A stretch of DNA of 64,000 bases from the human T2T-CHM13v2.0 reference genome, Homo sapiens: the NCBI RefSeq assembly GCF_009914755.1, contig NC_060933.1. One strand, 5' to 3'. The position numbers and the translations under genes were made by a program. The notes under the pieces were generated by a model. It was not told the origin of the DNA. It saw nothing but the letters and a program-made list of their open reading frames with translations, and searched no databases. Below are positions 44,911 to 59,499 of the stretch, one piece after another; position 1 is the first letter of the stretch, and each line of letters opens with the position of its first letter.

Positions 44911-45641
44911 TGTAGACTTCAGAATAAGAGCCATTGCTAAAAACACTGGTGTATTACAAAATTGATGAGCCATCATTTTACTTTAACTCAAATCGAATAA
45001 ACAATAAAAAGTTAAACTTAAATGTATGATAAAACACTCAAGTTATCTCTGGCTGAGAAACAAGTTTAGACATTTCATTGCGTAAATCCTATCCTATCCA
45101 CTGCCAAGAGCATCTTCCTTCCTGCAATCTCCACCTAGTCAACCAGTCCTACTTATTGGAAGACTTTGTGATTACCCATAGTAAGCACAATAGAAAAGAC
45201 AGACACAAGGAGACTCTGACCCCTGGCTTCTTAAATCTATATTTTTGCACAGTGTCCATGCTATTTTTCAGAATAAATATGAGCTATGAAAATACTTCCC
45301 CCTAGCAAACAGGAAACAATGAGCTACATGGAAACCTAGTGAGCTAAACTTGAGTAGCATGTTTAGGTAAAGAATTTACACAGAAAAATAATTGGGGAAA
45401 TGGAGATTGCATTACAGGAGCAACTGCTGAAAAGCAGAAGAGAAGCATTGGAGTAAATGTCACTGAGTGGTAGCAGATGATGAAGAACTTGGGGAAAGTT
45501 GAAATCTTCAGGAGCAGCAGCAGAATTGTCAGGACAAATCTGAGGAACTAAAGCAAGATACGGAAATCTGCGAAAGAATAAAGGGCAAGAGAGCAAGGAG
45601 GAAAAGAAAAAGTGCAGGACCTCCTGATGTTCTAGACTCAC

Positions 45642-45745
45642 CTGCACCATGGGTCATGGTAGGGGAAAGGAGAAACAAGAGAAGGCCTTTGACAGAACAT
45701 TTCCCTGAAAAGATCTCTCCCAAGGAGAAACAAGTAGCCACTTGA
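45642..45745 (-). other. Candidate non-coding exon (104 nt)
   Basis: Minus strand: branch-like tactcac, acceptor ccttcatctatag|, consensus donor CAG|GTGAGT. Splice signals only; no transcript evidence. Confidence 0.3.
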
Positions 45746-46022
45746 CTATAGATGAAGGTGTGAGTAGGGAGTGAGCTCCAGAATGTTCTTTCTCAAATAC
45801 CTGCCTGCTAATTCATTAATGCTACTTTCTGATCCATGTATAGATGTTGGACATGGAATTCTAGAAAGAACTCCATAACAAGGATTCAGGAAAAAACAGA
45901 AAGAACTCTAATTTTTTCCATTGGAGATACTGATATCTGAGCATTCTTTCATTTTGTCACCCTTTTTAAAAAAGAGAAAACATTATTAAAAGGCATATTG
46001 TAGCATAGTACAATATACTTAC

Positions 46023-46086
46023 CATTCTAGTGAAAGCAGCGAGCAAGTTCAGGCAATGCCGAAGGAATAAATGTGAAATTAAATTG
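46023..46086 (-). other. Candidate non-coding exon (64 nt; alternative acceptor gives 46023-46124)
   Basis: Minus strand: acceptor gtttctcttctctttcag|, donor ATG|GTAAGT. Splice signals only. Confidence 0.3.
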
Positions 46087-47235
46087 CTGAAAGAGAAGAG
46101 AAACTCAATGATCTACTGTATGCTCTAAGAACAGAGAAGAACTACATCTAGCAAAAGGCTCAACTTTCTTCCAGTATAAACTATGGGAGAACCAGAGTAT
46201 CTTCCATGGGCATACATATGCAGAACAATATTGGAAAGTTAGAAAAAGATTTAAGGGAGTGGAGGAGTGACAAATTTAAGTTAAAAACACAAACAAACAA
46301 GAAAACATCCACATTTAGGAAACTGGAGAAGAAAATAGAGCTGGAGAAACAAGATTGTTGGCATTCCAAAGGTAAGACAGAATTATGGACTAAAGGGAGC
46401 AAGTAGAAGATGTAGACCAGCTCTACTCAATGTATCGGACCTTGACGAGGTAAGTAGCTTGAGCCAGACTAAATCAACATGTTTTTTCCTTCATTGAGAA
46501 GGTGTAGCTACCACTGCTACTGCTACTATTCAAATAATAATAATAATAATAGCTGAATAGACAAATTAACAGTAAGTGAGTTTGGTAATACAGTTAAGTT
46601 ACATTACTGGTCAAAGTTTCTCATCTCCCCATGGACTGGTAACAAACCTAGTAACAAACAGTTCTGGGACCATATGTTAGCTAGGCTGCTTTAGACTTCA
46701 AAATAGAAGAGAAGGCCAACAAAATGTTAAAGGTAGACCAGAGAGCCAAGCAGCAAGTAAGTACATCAACACCTAAGGCAGGAGAGAAGATGTAGCTTCC
46801 ATAGGATGTTACAAAGGAAATGAGTCATCCAGAGAAAGGTGTGAAGAAAGGACACTGAAGGAGAGACAGAGGAGAAGGATAATAGTCTCTGCACATGTAG
46901 GGAACATGTGGATAGAAGAGAGAGATGTGGTGTTATTGCTGAGAGAAAGAGTATCTGGCCTTTTGAATATTAACCCACGTAGATAGTGCAGTATAGAAAG
47001 AAGGGCTTCTCACCCTCCAGATGCATTGGTAAAGAAAATATGGGGGCTACTGAGAAGGCTACCAAGTATATTTTTAGAGTAAACCATTGTCCTAAGTACT
47101 ATTTTTAAGACCATTAGTTAATATAATTTATGCTCAAATATCATACTAAATACTTTCATCACTGATAAAGTACAGCTTTCATTAGTTATGAAATTCCTAC
47201 ACTCTGAACCTGATTCTTGGCACAGAGAATGATAA

Positions 47236-47630
47236 CATATTTGTTTGCTAGGGCTGCCATAGCAAAGTACCACAAACTGGGTGGTTTAAACACCAGAAAT
47301 TTATTTTCTCACAGTTCTGGAATCTAGAAGTCTGAGATCAAGGTATCAGCAAGATTGGTTTCTTCTGAAACTGCTAGCCTGGTCTTGTAGGTGGCCATCT
47401 TCTCCCTTGTCTTCTTCACATGGTCTTCCTTGCATATATGTCAGCATCATAATTTCCTGTTTTTATACACACCAGTCATTTTCAATTAGGACCCACCCTA
47501 TTGACCTCATTTTAATTTAACTACATCTTCAAACGCCCTATCTACAAATGCAGTCATTTTCTGAGGTACAGTGCTGGGGATTAGAACATCAACATATAAA
47601 TTTGAGATAGGCAAAAGTCAGCCTGTAAAA
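47236..47630 (-). mobile_element. MLT1 solo LTR (MLT1B/MLT1A-like)
   Basis: tagggctgccatagcaaagtaccacaaactgggtggtttaaac...ctcacagttctggaatctagaagtctgagatcaagg. Confidence 0.9.
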
Positions 47631-48879
47631 TGCGTAAAGTTTCAACTCATGGTGAACGCTGTGAGCACATGGTGCCACGCGCAGCTGTGCTCTCTGCACA
47701 CGTACCAGCACAGCACAGTGCCCATGAAGTAGGGAGATGCAGAAGTCTTCATTTATATTGGTTGAGTGGATGGTTTTAAACCACTTCCCGATTCTCTTTC
47801 AAATTCTTGAATCAACTATCGATTTCGCTTTATTAACAATTCAGGTTGAAAATAATTTTAGACTAGGGATCCATATATCCAAAGAGAAAAGTGGGATGGG
47901 ATGATGCACAGAAGATTAGAGTCATGAGTGGCACAGCTCAGGCCAAAAACGTGTTACGAAGGGTTATATGGCAAATTGCTGGTAAATTTAAGGGGCTGGG
48001 TTCTTTATGCCTTTCTTAACTCATTACAAAGTGCTCTGTCAACACATGGCAATATTATTTTCAAACCATACAGGTCGCATTTTAGAAAATTTAGAACTTG
48101 AAACCTAGACCTACAGGCCAAAATCTAGACCTCCAGGATAAAATGCAATGTATTTGACTTCAGTAACTCCATATTTCAAGCTTCTCATGTCTTCCCTGAC
48201 TTCTTTGGACTAAAATGCTTATCTTTTGGATTCAATCAGATGACTTTGTGGCTTTCTTCTACCTTTGGGGCATTTCTTCTCCATTCAATTAGTTCTCTTC
48301 TGTGGGCAAGAATTCAATCCAGTCACCCAGGTCATGGAAAAATGATACTTCATTTGCATCAGGTAGAAGCAAGTGCTTAAGGTGATCAGTCTGGATGAAA
48401 GTCATCCAAACTGAAATATTTCTGCAAGGTTTGTGTGCAGGATTTGATTTTACTTCATTCCCTTTATAGAAACCATCCCAACCTTCTCTGGTTCTTTGCT
48501 CATTAACAGCATAAATCATGCAAAATGTTAAAAGTCACTGTTGCAATGGTATTTGATACAGAATTTAAATTAGACCACAGAGAAAAATGACAGTACTCCT
48601 CTGAGGCTCTATGATTCATTCCTTGGTACCAAACCAGAAGTTGAAAATGCAATGCAATTTTATAATGAACAGAAGCATTGCCTCTGGCCTTCATACAACT
48701 CCAAAAATAGTTAGAACAAAACTGACCAAAAACCAGGAAGGTCCTATGCAGAATATATTCAGAAGGTGGCTCCACATTCACCATAAAATACATACATATA
48801 CATATATTATGTATATCGTATATACACACACAAACACACGATTCTCTTTCTGTCTGTATCCCCCCATGCCATGACTGTC

Positions 48880-49190
48880 TTTCCATCTTTGGGTTTCTTT
48901 TTTTTTTTCTCTCTCTCACTCTTTCTCTCTCTCTCTCTCTCCTTCTTCTATCTCTTGATATCATTTGTTCCACTTCTCACTCCCTTTCTCTCTGTCTCTC
49001 TCTGTATCTCTGTCTTTCTCTGCTACTCTGGCTCTGTTTTCTCTGGCTCTGTCTATGCCTTCTTCTCTGTTCTTTTTGTCATTGTCTCTATTCCTCCCTA
49101 TCCTCTCCATTCTTATTCTCTTGCTGTCTCTTAGTCAGTATACCTTTGTGTCTTTGTCTTTCTTCCTGTCTGACTTGTTTTCCTGGCTGT
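48880..49190. repeat. CT-rich low-complexity polypyrimidine tract
   Basis: About 300 bp of (CT)n/(TCTG)n-like sequence, preceded by a (TA/CA)n stretch at 48790-48838. Confidence 0.9.
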
Positions 49191-51693
49191 GCATCTAAGC
49201 CTCTTTTACTATGTGAATCTCTTTTTTTCCCCTGTCATGCACATACACAGACACTGAACAGTGCCTAGAGCAATTCCGTTTTGAAATATTTATTTTTTAT
49301 GGAGAAGTTATTTTTTGAAAGTGCTGCAACCCCCTCTGCCTACTGAGACATGGAGCAGGAGCCCTTTCTTCTCTGCTCTCCTCTCACCAAGACTGTGTGT
49401 GTATTTCACAGATCATCCAGCAGAGGAAGTGCAACCAGTGCTTTCCACGCTGCTTCACCCTGGAAGTTAAATGTGTGCCCTTCTTTAAGGCTACTCAGCC
49501 CAGCTTAACTCAATGGGAAACATGCCAGGAGGGCTCAGATCTTCTGCATAGCCAGTTTGCCCAAAGACAGTCTGCTAAAGCCATCCCCGCCGGCTTTGCT
49601 ATTTTTGCCATTGTAAGTGACTTCTGGGTTATTTAACATAAAGCCCTACACAGTGCTTCAGTTCTAAACTTCATGATAGAACTCTAAAGGGTGAATAGGT
49701 TATCAGGCTTGAAGAAGAGACATTGTGAAAAGGATTTAGATTTAGACTTTTAATAGTGTAAATATAGTCTTGAAATGAGAGAAAGCAGTCACGGTCAGAA
49801 AACCAAGGAAGAAATCCTTTAAGCAACTATACACATTACTTCAGAAATGGTGTATATTTTACTTTATGTGTGTTTAATTGCATAGTTTTTAGGAAAATAA
49901 AACAGCACCATGATCACATCACTGTATAATTACCATTGTTTTCTAAGAAGTTACTATGTAGTTACTACATTATTACAGAAAAATAAAGCATGTTATTTCA
50001 TGGTAACTATGCAATTAGTCCATGTCACCATCAAATGTACACTTACTGAACCAACAAAGAAATAAAATGTTCCATTTATTTCCCTCCATGCTCATGAGTC
50101 ATAATATTGTCCCTCTTTTAGAAATGACATAATGAATCAATGTACTAATGTAGGAAATATGCAGATTATGCTTTTTTCCTAATCTTTTTTTTTTCTGGTG
50201 AGCAAATGAATACCTTGGAAACTGCAGATGCAAAACAGTTAGTCAGCACGCCAGATAGGCAGGCAAGCAAAAAGATTCTATCAAGCAAATCTACTGTATT
50301 TAATGAGAGAGGAACAAGGACTCCTTTTTGGCTGTGGCTAGGCAGGGATACCTTGGCAAGCCAAGTCCCTCAGTGGCTAGAAGGAATGAGAAAAGGATTA
50401 AACATATTTCCTCCTATATTGCATGCAGGCTGAAAGTATAGCAAACAAAAACTGGTACCATGTTATGTGTACATTCACAGAAGAATTTCAGTTTCTGTTG
50501 CACATACTGCGAAGGAAAAATCTAGTGTTTCAATATTTAAATCAGTTCTATAAAAAGCAGACCACTTGGTAAAAGTTTGAATTCACTATCAGAAGCTGGT
50601 TCTGGTAGTGCAAAAGAGATTTAGAATTAGAAATAAGGAATACACTACATTCTTTGTCAATGGCAGCGTGTCTTTCTACTTAAAGCTTTGTGTACAGTCA
50701 TCTTTCTATGAAGCTAATTGCGAGCTGCTTAAAATAATGAGAATAGTTCTGTTTATTGTAACTAATTGATTTTCAATACTTCAAGATTAATTGGGCAGAA
50801 CAGGTCATATCAAGCTTTCTTTGAGCATGTTTTAGTGGGCTCTGAATTAAAGAAATTAAGTGATAGATTAGTATAATTTATTTTCACATTTGTTATTTTT
50901 CTAGAAATAGCTTTAAAATTCTTCAGGGAAGACACCCTATTCCTGTCCCTTTTCTCAATCCTTTCCATTTTTTTCCTGAACAGCATTCAACTAACTTCTT
51001 TTTATTTCTAGCAGGGAAATTCCTCTGTTCTCTAGCTGCTCTTAATTTAAGTTCAAATCATGAGAGTAAAGAGTGTGTCAAAGAGGATCTAAACTCACTA
51101 AAGTCTTTAAAATACACAATACTCCCTCTTCAATGGACAGAAAGATACCTGGGGGAAAATTATATTTGTATTCTCAGCTATACAGTATTTACATTTGTAT
51201 GTAGATTTCATGAATCATGGCTGATACATTATTTTTGGAGACTATAGATTGAATCCAACACAAGTTTCCAATATTCCTATTAGTGCATACTTTTAATGAC
51301 TGTTTAAAAGGAGGGAAGCAAATAAACTTTCATCAATGAAGAAGTTACCTAAAGTTGTACTTATCTGATTCAACAACTGTCAGTCATGAAAATACATATG
51401 TATTCTTTTAAAGACAAGATAATCAAGTGCGACAAAGAATGCCACAGAGATTCAGATTTCTTGAAGGCAGATGAAAATGGAACTAAATCTAAGTTTACCT
51501 GTGATTAAATAAATCAGGGCTGTTGTGCCTTTCTCTTCACACCTAACCTGTCTTCCACCCTTTACCAGCCCCAACCTTTCAGGACTTTTATTATACACAA
51601 GACATAATCATTCAGTTAAATATTGCCTTAAAGTCTTTTTGTGCCATTAAGGATTCAGAGGAAGACTCATTTCTTCAAAAGGAGAAGCAGAGG

Positions 51694-52298
51694 TAGAGTA
51701 GGCAGAATTTTAAAATGGGCCTGTAGATTTTCCACCTTGCTGGTGAGCATCCCCTGCATAATCCTTAGGACTGGGACTGTGATGGATTTTACTCCCATAA
51801 TTAGGTTATGTTAAAATAGGGAGACTATCTGGGTGGGCCTGACCTAATCACTTAAGCCCTTTAAAATATGACACTTTCTGCAACTGGTCACAGAAAAGGA
51901 GGTCAGACAGATGTTCCCACTGGCCTAGAAGAAGGCCAAAATTCATGTTGTGAACTGCCCACAGGGGCCACTCCTGGGGTAAATAACTCCAAAATCCTCT
52001 AGTTACTGAGAGAGGTCCCTGGCTAATACCTAGAAAGATAATGGACACTCACAGTCCTAAAACTACAAGGAAATGAATTCTGACAACAATAAGTGAGTTT
52101 AGAAGAAGACTCCAAGCCCAGATGAGAACCTCAGGCCTAGGTGACATGTTAATTTCATCCTATTGAGACCCTGAGCAGAGAATCCAGTCACAAACACTGG
52201 ACACTTGACCTCCAAAAAAAAAGTAAGATAAAAAATACTGTTGTTTTGTGCCTCTAAGTTTGTGGTAATTTGCTATGCAGTGAGAGAAAAATAATACA
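51694..52298 (+). mobile_element. MLT1E-like solo LTR
   Basis: gtaggcagaattttaaaatgg, gggagactatctgggtgggcctgacctaatcac, gagaccctgagcagagaatccag, ends gaaaaataataca. Confidence 0.88.
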
Positions 52299-53227
52299 AT
52301 TGGAAAGAGATGATGTCCTTTGACTCTGTATAAATTTTTTTCTCTCATACTTTTCATCCCAGACAGTTTGGATATTTACTGTTGAGGTTTTCACACCATA
52401 TTACTTTTTCACTGGCAAAGCTTTCGATAGAAGATTCAGTATTAAATGAACATACCTACTATTTAAAGACTTTATGACAACAAAAAAAATGTTAGTAGAA
52501 CCATAGTTCCCTCAAGAGTATCCACACTCTCTGTTAAATTAAGTTTTTCCATGAATGGAGCCTCTTTCTATCCAAACCATAACATTTCTTATTAAGAAAA
52601 GTTTAAATAAGCCCTTCATGCCACTCATTGCCACAGTTTGGTTTTATCTGAAGCATCCACTAGGCTGGGATGTAAATGATCATACTTTTGAAGGGTATAA
52701 TTCACAGACAAAGGGAGGGGGAAGAAAATCCAGCTTTGCATCAGCCCACATCAAATCTGTGAAAATCACAAAAGGGATAAGGTTTCAACTCACACAGTTG
52801 ACGCTGCTTTGTTAAAGGGATATCCCATCAGACTCCCACACAGAGACTCCAAGAGAAAGCCTGATATTGGCAAACGTGCAGACATGCAACACTGTTTTCC
52901 TTTAATGAGTGTTACCGCAGATAAAGATGTTACAGTGATCTTTGTAAAGCTGAGCCCATGGATAGACTGTCATTTAAAAGTACAATTACATTGCCTTAAA
53001 GGTAAGCCTTATTAGAGAACTTGAGAATCCCAAATGGAGTTGTCTCCTAAATGTTTACGTACTGCCCGTCACTTGTCATCAGGTAATGCTTCACTGAAGA
53101 ATTGGAGGTTGGGGGGAGCTTGTTTCTCCACTATAATCTATTTTTGTTTTAATATATGAGCTGAATATCTGATCCCTATTAAATAATGCGTGTATGTTTT
53201 GTTTTGTTTTACCCTCAAAGCACCTGG

Positions 53228-55110
53228 TTTTCAATGCAGCTTTTTTGAGATATAATTAACAGATCATAAAATGTACATTTTTAAAGTGTAAAATTCATTA
53301 GGTTTTAGTATATTCACAAAGTCGTGCAACCATTAACACTGTGTAATTTTAGAACATTTTATCATCCCGTAATGAATTCCTTTACCCATAATCAGTCACT
53401 CCCCAGCTCTCCCAGACCCTGGGAACCTCTAATATTCTTTCTATCTCTATGGATTTGACAACTTTGGATGTTTTATACAAATAAAATCATATAATGCAGG
53501 ACCTTTTGTGTCTGGCTTATTGACATATTATTTCCAAGGTTTATCCATATTATAGCATAAATAGCATAGTACTTCATTTCATCGTAAGTACTTCATTTCA
53601 TTGTAAGGCCAAATAATGTTCCATTGTATGAACATACCACTTTTTGTTTATCTATACGTCAGTTAATGGATATTTAGATTATTTTCTGCTTTTTGCCTAT
53701 GATGTATAATGCTGCTGGGAACATTCATGTACACGTTTGTATATAGACCTGTGTTTTTGCTTCTCCTGGAAATAGAATTGTTTGATTATATGTAATTCTA
53801 TGTTTAACATTTTGAGAAACTGCCAAATTGTTTTCCAAAGTAGCTGCACCATTTTGAAATCTTACCAACTATGTATAAGGTTTACAATTTCTCCACATAC
53901 TCACTAACGATTGTTAATGTCTGCCTTCTTTATTTTAGACATCCCAGAGGGTTTGAAATATTACCTCATTATAACTTTAATTTATATTTCCCTAATGTCT
54001 AATGATGTTGAGCATCTTTCTATGTGCTTATTGGTCATCCGCATACTTTTTTTTTCATTCGTATATCTTCATTGGATAAATGTCTACTCCAATTATTCGC
54101 TCGTTTTTAAATTGGGCTATTTGTCTTTTTATTGTTGACTTGTAAGAGTTCTTTATATATTCTGAATCTATGTTTCTTATCAGGTATATGATTTGCCAAC
54201 ATTTTTTCCCATTCTGTGGATCACCTTTTCATTTTCTTGGTATTTTTTGAAATACAAAAGTTTTTAATTTTGATATGTTGACATGTTAATTTTGTTATGT
54301 CCAGTTTATCTATTTTTTCTTTTGTCACTTGTATTTTTTTGTGTCATATGTAAGAAACTATTGACTAATCCAAAGTCATAAAGATTACTGCCTGTTTTCT
54401 TCTAATAATTTATAATTTTAGTTCCCACATTTAGGTCTATGATTCATTTTAATTTTGTGTGTGTGTGTGTGTGTGATACACAAAGTAGGAGTCCAATTTT
54501 AGTATTTTAACTGTGAATATCCACTTGACCCAGCACCACTTATTGAAAAGACTACTCTTTTACCATTGAATTGTCTTGGCACCCTTAGCAAAAGTCAATT
54601 GAGCATAAATGTATGAGCATAAATGTATGGGCTTATTTCTGGACTTTCAGTTCTCTTCCATTGATGAATATGTATAACCTTATGCCAGTATCACACAATC
54701 TTGATTACACTAGCTTTGTAGTAAGTTTTGAAATAGGGAAACGTGAGTCCTCCAACTTTGTTCTATTTCAAGATTGTTTTGGCTATTCTGGGTTCCTTGC
54801 ATTTCCATATGAATTTTAGGAACAACTTTTCAATTTTTGCAAAAACTGTAGCTGAGGTTTAGATAGAAGTTGCATTAACTCTGTTGTACAATTTAATTAG
54901 TATCGCCATCTTAACAATGTAATTCTTCCAATCCATGAATATGAGAAATCTTTCTATTTATTAGATCTTTAATTTTTTTCAATGACTTCTTATACTTTTC
55001 ATTATCATATACAAGCCATGCCCTTCTTTTGTTATATTCCTAAGTATTGTACTCTTTTATCGTTATTGTAAATGGAATTGTTCTCTTAATTTCATTTTCT
55101 TATTTTTAAT
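53228..55110 (-). mobile_element. L1MB (L1MB5-8-like) 3' fragment
   Basis: cagcttttttgagatataattaaca...gttttagtatattcacaaagtcgtgcaacca followed by colinear antisense ORF2 3' sequence; (TG)n at 54456-54475. Confidence 0.9.
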
Positions 55111-55496
55111 TTTCAAAAGCAAATAAAGGCCTTGCTTGGTGATCTCATTCACTGTTTCCTTACTCTGATATGATTGGTAAGGACTGCTTACAATTTTGTA
55201 AATATTATTTTTCATTTTGCTTTAAACTCTAACTCAGTAATCTTCCACCCCCAAAATTATTGACTTTGAACTAGGTCTAGTCAGAGCAATGGGTTTTTAG
55301 GACAATATGATTATGATGATTCCTAGGACACCGCATCATGACAAAAACATTCTTTGAACTTCTTTCAGTAGTTGTGTTACATTTGCAAGGAATTTTGTGT
55401 TTTCCTGTCTTTGTTTCTCAGATAGGATACTTCCTGATTGTTAGTAGGGACATTTTAATATAAAAATATAGCTATAAATATAAGATCAATTACCTA

Positions 55497-55620
55497 CATC
55501 ATTCATTCAGATAACAAATATTTATCGATCATTGTTTATGTGCCAAGCACTGCTCAGGTGTTAGGGATACATCAGAGAACAAATCAAAGATTCATGCCTT
55601 CTTGGATCTCACAATTTTTA
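55497..55620 (-). mobile_element. L2 3' end
   Basis: cattcattcagataacaaatatttatcga...tatgtgccaagcactg. Confidence 0.8.
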
Positions 55621-56061
55621 TGCTCAGAATATGTTTACTGTTTGAAAATGAAAAAATATAATTACTAAGCATCTTGTTCTTGAGAAAATTTTAATCTATT
55701 AAGCTAGCCAACAAAACAGTAGGCTGATATTTGCCATGGATATAATTATTGTATATACATACATATTGTTTGTTTAATTTATTTAATTATATTGTAAGGA
55801 CTTAGAGTATCAAGATCTATGTCAACTGCTATTTAAGACATAGACCTGCCTTAAATGGCTTACATTTTAAAATGAAAGCTGTGTTGTCAAAGTAATACTG
55901 CTGAATGGTACAGAATAAGCCATAAACATGATGCCAAACAATTCTGGAAATGAGAGATCACATCTGGCTAGATTCATAGATGTGGTTGAATTTAAGTTGA
56001 GATTGTAGGATTAGTATTTGGATAAGTGAGTATTATGACATGGGACCTGCATTATAGAAAT

Positions 56062-56325
56062 GATATATACACATATATACATATATATACACATATGTAC
56101 ATATATGTATACACACATATATAGATGTGTGTGTAGATATCTCACTTATATAACTTGATTTAATTTTACATGAGGAGGAGGAAGAAGAGAATAATAGGAA
56201 AGAAAAAGTGGGAGTGAGAAAAGAGAAGGAGAAAAAAAAAGAGAAGGATGCTAAGTAAAAGGATATGAAAGATAAAAAGGAGAAGAACAGTAGAGAAGGA
56301 ATGGGAAGAGAAGGAAGAGAGGGCA
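56062..56325. repeat. (TA/CA)n tract (56062-56140) and GA-rich tract (56170-56325)
   Basis: Directly visible low-complexity sequence; explains ORF 56033-56326. Confidence 0.85.
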
Positions 56326-56334
56326 ACTAAAAAT

Positions 56335-56530
56335 TTTTTAGTTTAGTCTATATAGAAAGCACTGAACAAAGCATTCCACATGAATTGCCACCATATAAAT
56401 AGAGATATTATTATCATCTGTAGTTTGCAGATGAGGTAACTAAGGCTTCGATAACTTACTCAAAGTCATATATTTAGTAAGTTGTAGAGGCAGGATTTTT
56501 CTCCTGTGTTTGTCTGAGTTCAAAGTCTAT
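56335..56530 (-). mobile_element. MIR SINE
   Basis: attattatcatctgtagtttgcagatgaggtaactaaggct...aacttactcaaagtcata...agtaagttgtagaggcaggatt. Confidence 0.8.
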
Positions 56531-56944
56531 ATTTTTGAGAGTGAAAAGATTACTGAGAGTTAGCGTTTAAAACAAAATGAAAAAAAATCTTTACAAAATC
56601 TTAAGCAATCCTTACCAATTATATCAGAGTCAGGAGTCAGCGAACGAGATCGCTAAACAAAGTCCTTATTTCTTCATTCTTCTACTCCCAGCACCTAGTA
56701 CAGTGGCAAACACATCTTAAGGGCTGTTATATTTGGAAAGTAATAAGCATTTGAAAAAATATTAGAAAAGTGGTAAAGATCACAGAGTAGCATGAGAGAA
56801 ACAAAAAAAGCCTTAGGAAAAAAGATGGTGAACAGGGTCCAATGCCACAGAGACTGCAAGAAGCACGAAGAACAAAAAAGATGACTACATGAAGCAATTA
56901 AAAAACCTTTTCATTATCTTAATCGTGTCATTACTGATTTATTG

Positions 56945-57345
56945 TTTCTTTTGATCAGTGTTATTCAGAGATAATTTACATACAAAGCTTAATCTAGTTA
57001 GAGGCTACATTTTGATGAATTTTGACCATCGTATATCTCTCTAAACCACCACAGTCAAGACACAGAATAATTCCACCACTCCCAAAAGATTTCTCATGTA
57101 ATGGTGTCTTTTTAATTAACAATATTTCTTAGCTTTAATGTACTTCAATTTTGATGAATAGTATTTCTTTTCATGAACAGAACTTTTTAATATTAATGTA
57201 TTAACGTGTGGATTCAGTGTATCCATCTTTTTTCCTTTTAGTTAGTAGATTTCATGTTCTATTTAAGAAATATTTCCATATCCCAAAGTAGTAAAGAAAT
57301 TCTCACATACTACTTTTAAGAGTATTATTGTTTTGACATTCACAG
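56945..57345 (-). mobile_element. Old L1M(E) fragments
   Basis: ttattcagagataatttacatac...tgatgaattttgac (3' UTR) and gaacagaactttttaatattaatg (ORF2 end). Confidence 0.65.
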
Positions 57346-57389
57346 TAATATTCTGGGAAATCAACCACCCATTTGCTATAAAAAATGAA

Positions 57390-58730
<1,341 letters not shown>

Positions 58731-58959
58731 TAATACAATACAAAACAAAAAAGAGGCCAAGGGGTAATCTTTTGAGACTATTTCATTAGAGTGACATGTA
58801 TAGAACTCATCTCATGCGGAGCGAGGCAGTAGTCAATTGTAAATAGCAAATGAAAGCAACTCTTTCAAGAAACACTTGAAATAAAACAATATAAACAGAA
58901 TAAAAGTCGAGGATGTAATAGTACTTCTTAAAACAATAAGCACTTGATATATAAAAACA

Positions 58960-59190
58960 ATACAGTATAGTGGTTAAGAGCTTGTCAGATGTTCTTTATT
59001 TCAAATATTTGTTCTATGCCTTCTCACTGAGACGTGGAAAAGTTAATTTGTTTTCCCTTAAATATAGAGTGGGAATAATGTGTAATCCTCACAATAGTTG
59101 TGTGGATTAAATGAAGATTAAATGATTAGAGTTTAGCGTGGAGCACAACACCTACTAAGCTCTTTAAAAAGTGTCAGTAATTGTTTGATA
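58960..59190 (+). mobile_element. MIR SINE
   Basis: acagtatagtggttaagagc...cctcacaatagttgtgtggattaaatga. Confidence 0.75.
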
Positions 59191-59499
59191 ATGATGAAAA
59201 TTATTTGTATTTGGAGGGGGAGAACAATCACTTCAAAGGGATTATGGGAGATTCTCACAACTCAGGTTTGACCCCTGTCAGAAGGCTATTGCTAGGACAC
59301 AGAAAAACCAGCAGCGAGATTGACATTCATGAAGGTGACAAAATGAGTGACGTCGGGGCTCTCACATATGGCTGGTTTCTCCCTCAGAAATATTATGGGG
59401 CAGGAGGCTGAAGTACTAAACTGAAATTCTGTGGAGGGCAGATCTTAATTTTCTTATCCTTCCCCATCTTCAAGGGCCTAGGAAACAAAGCCTAATGAG

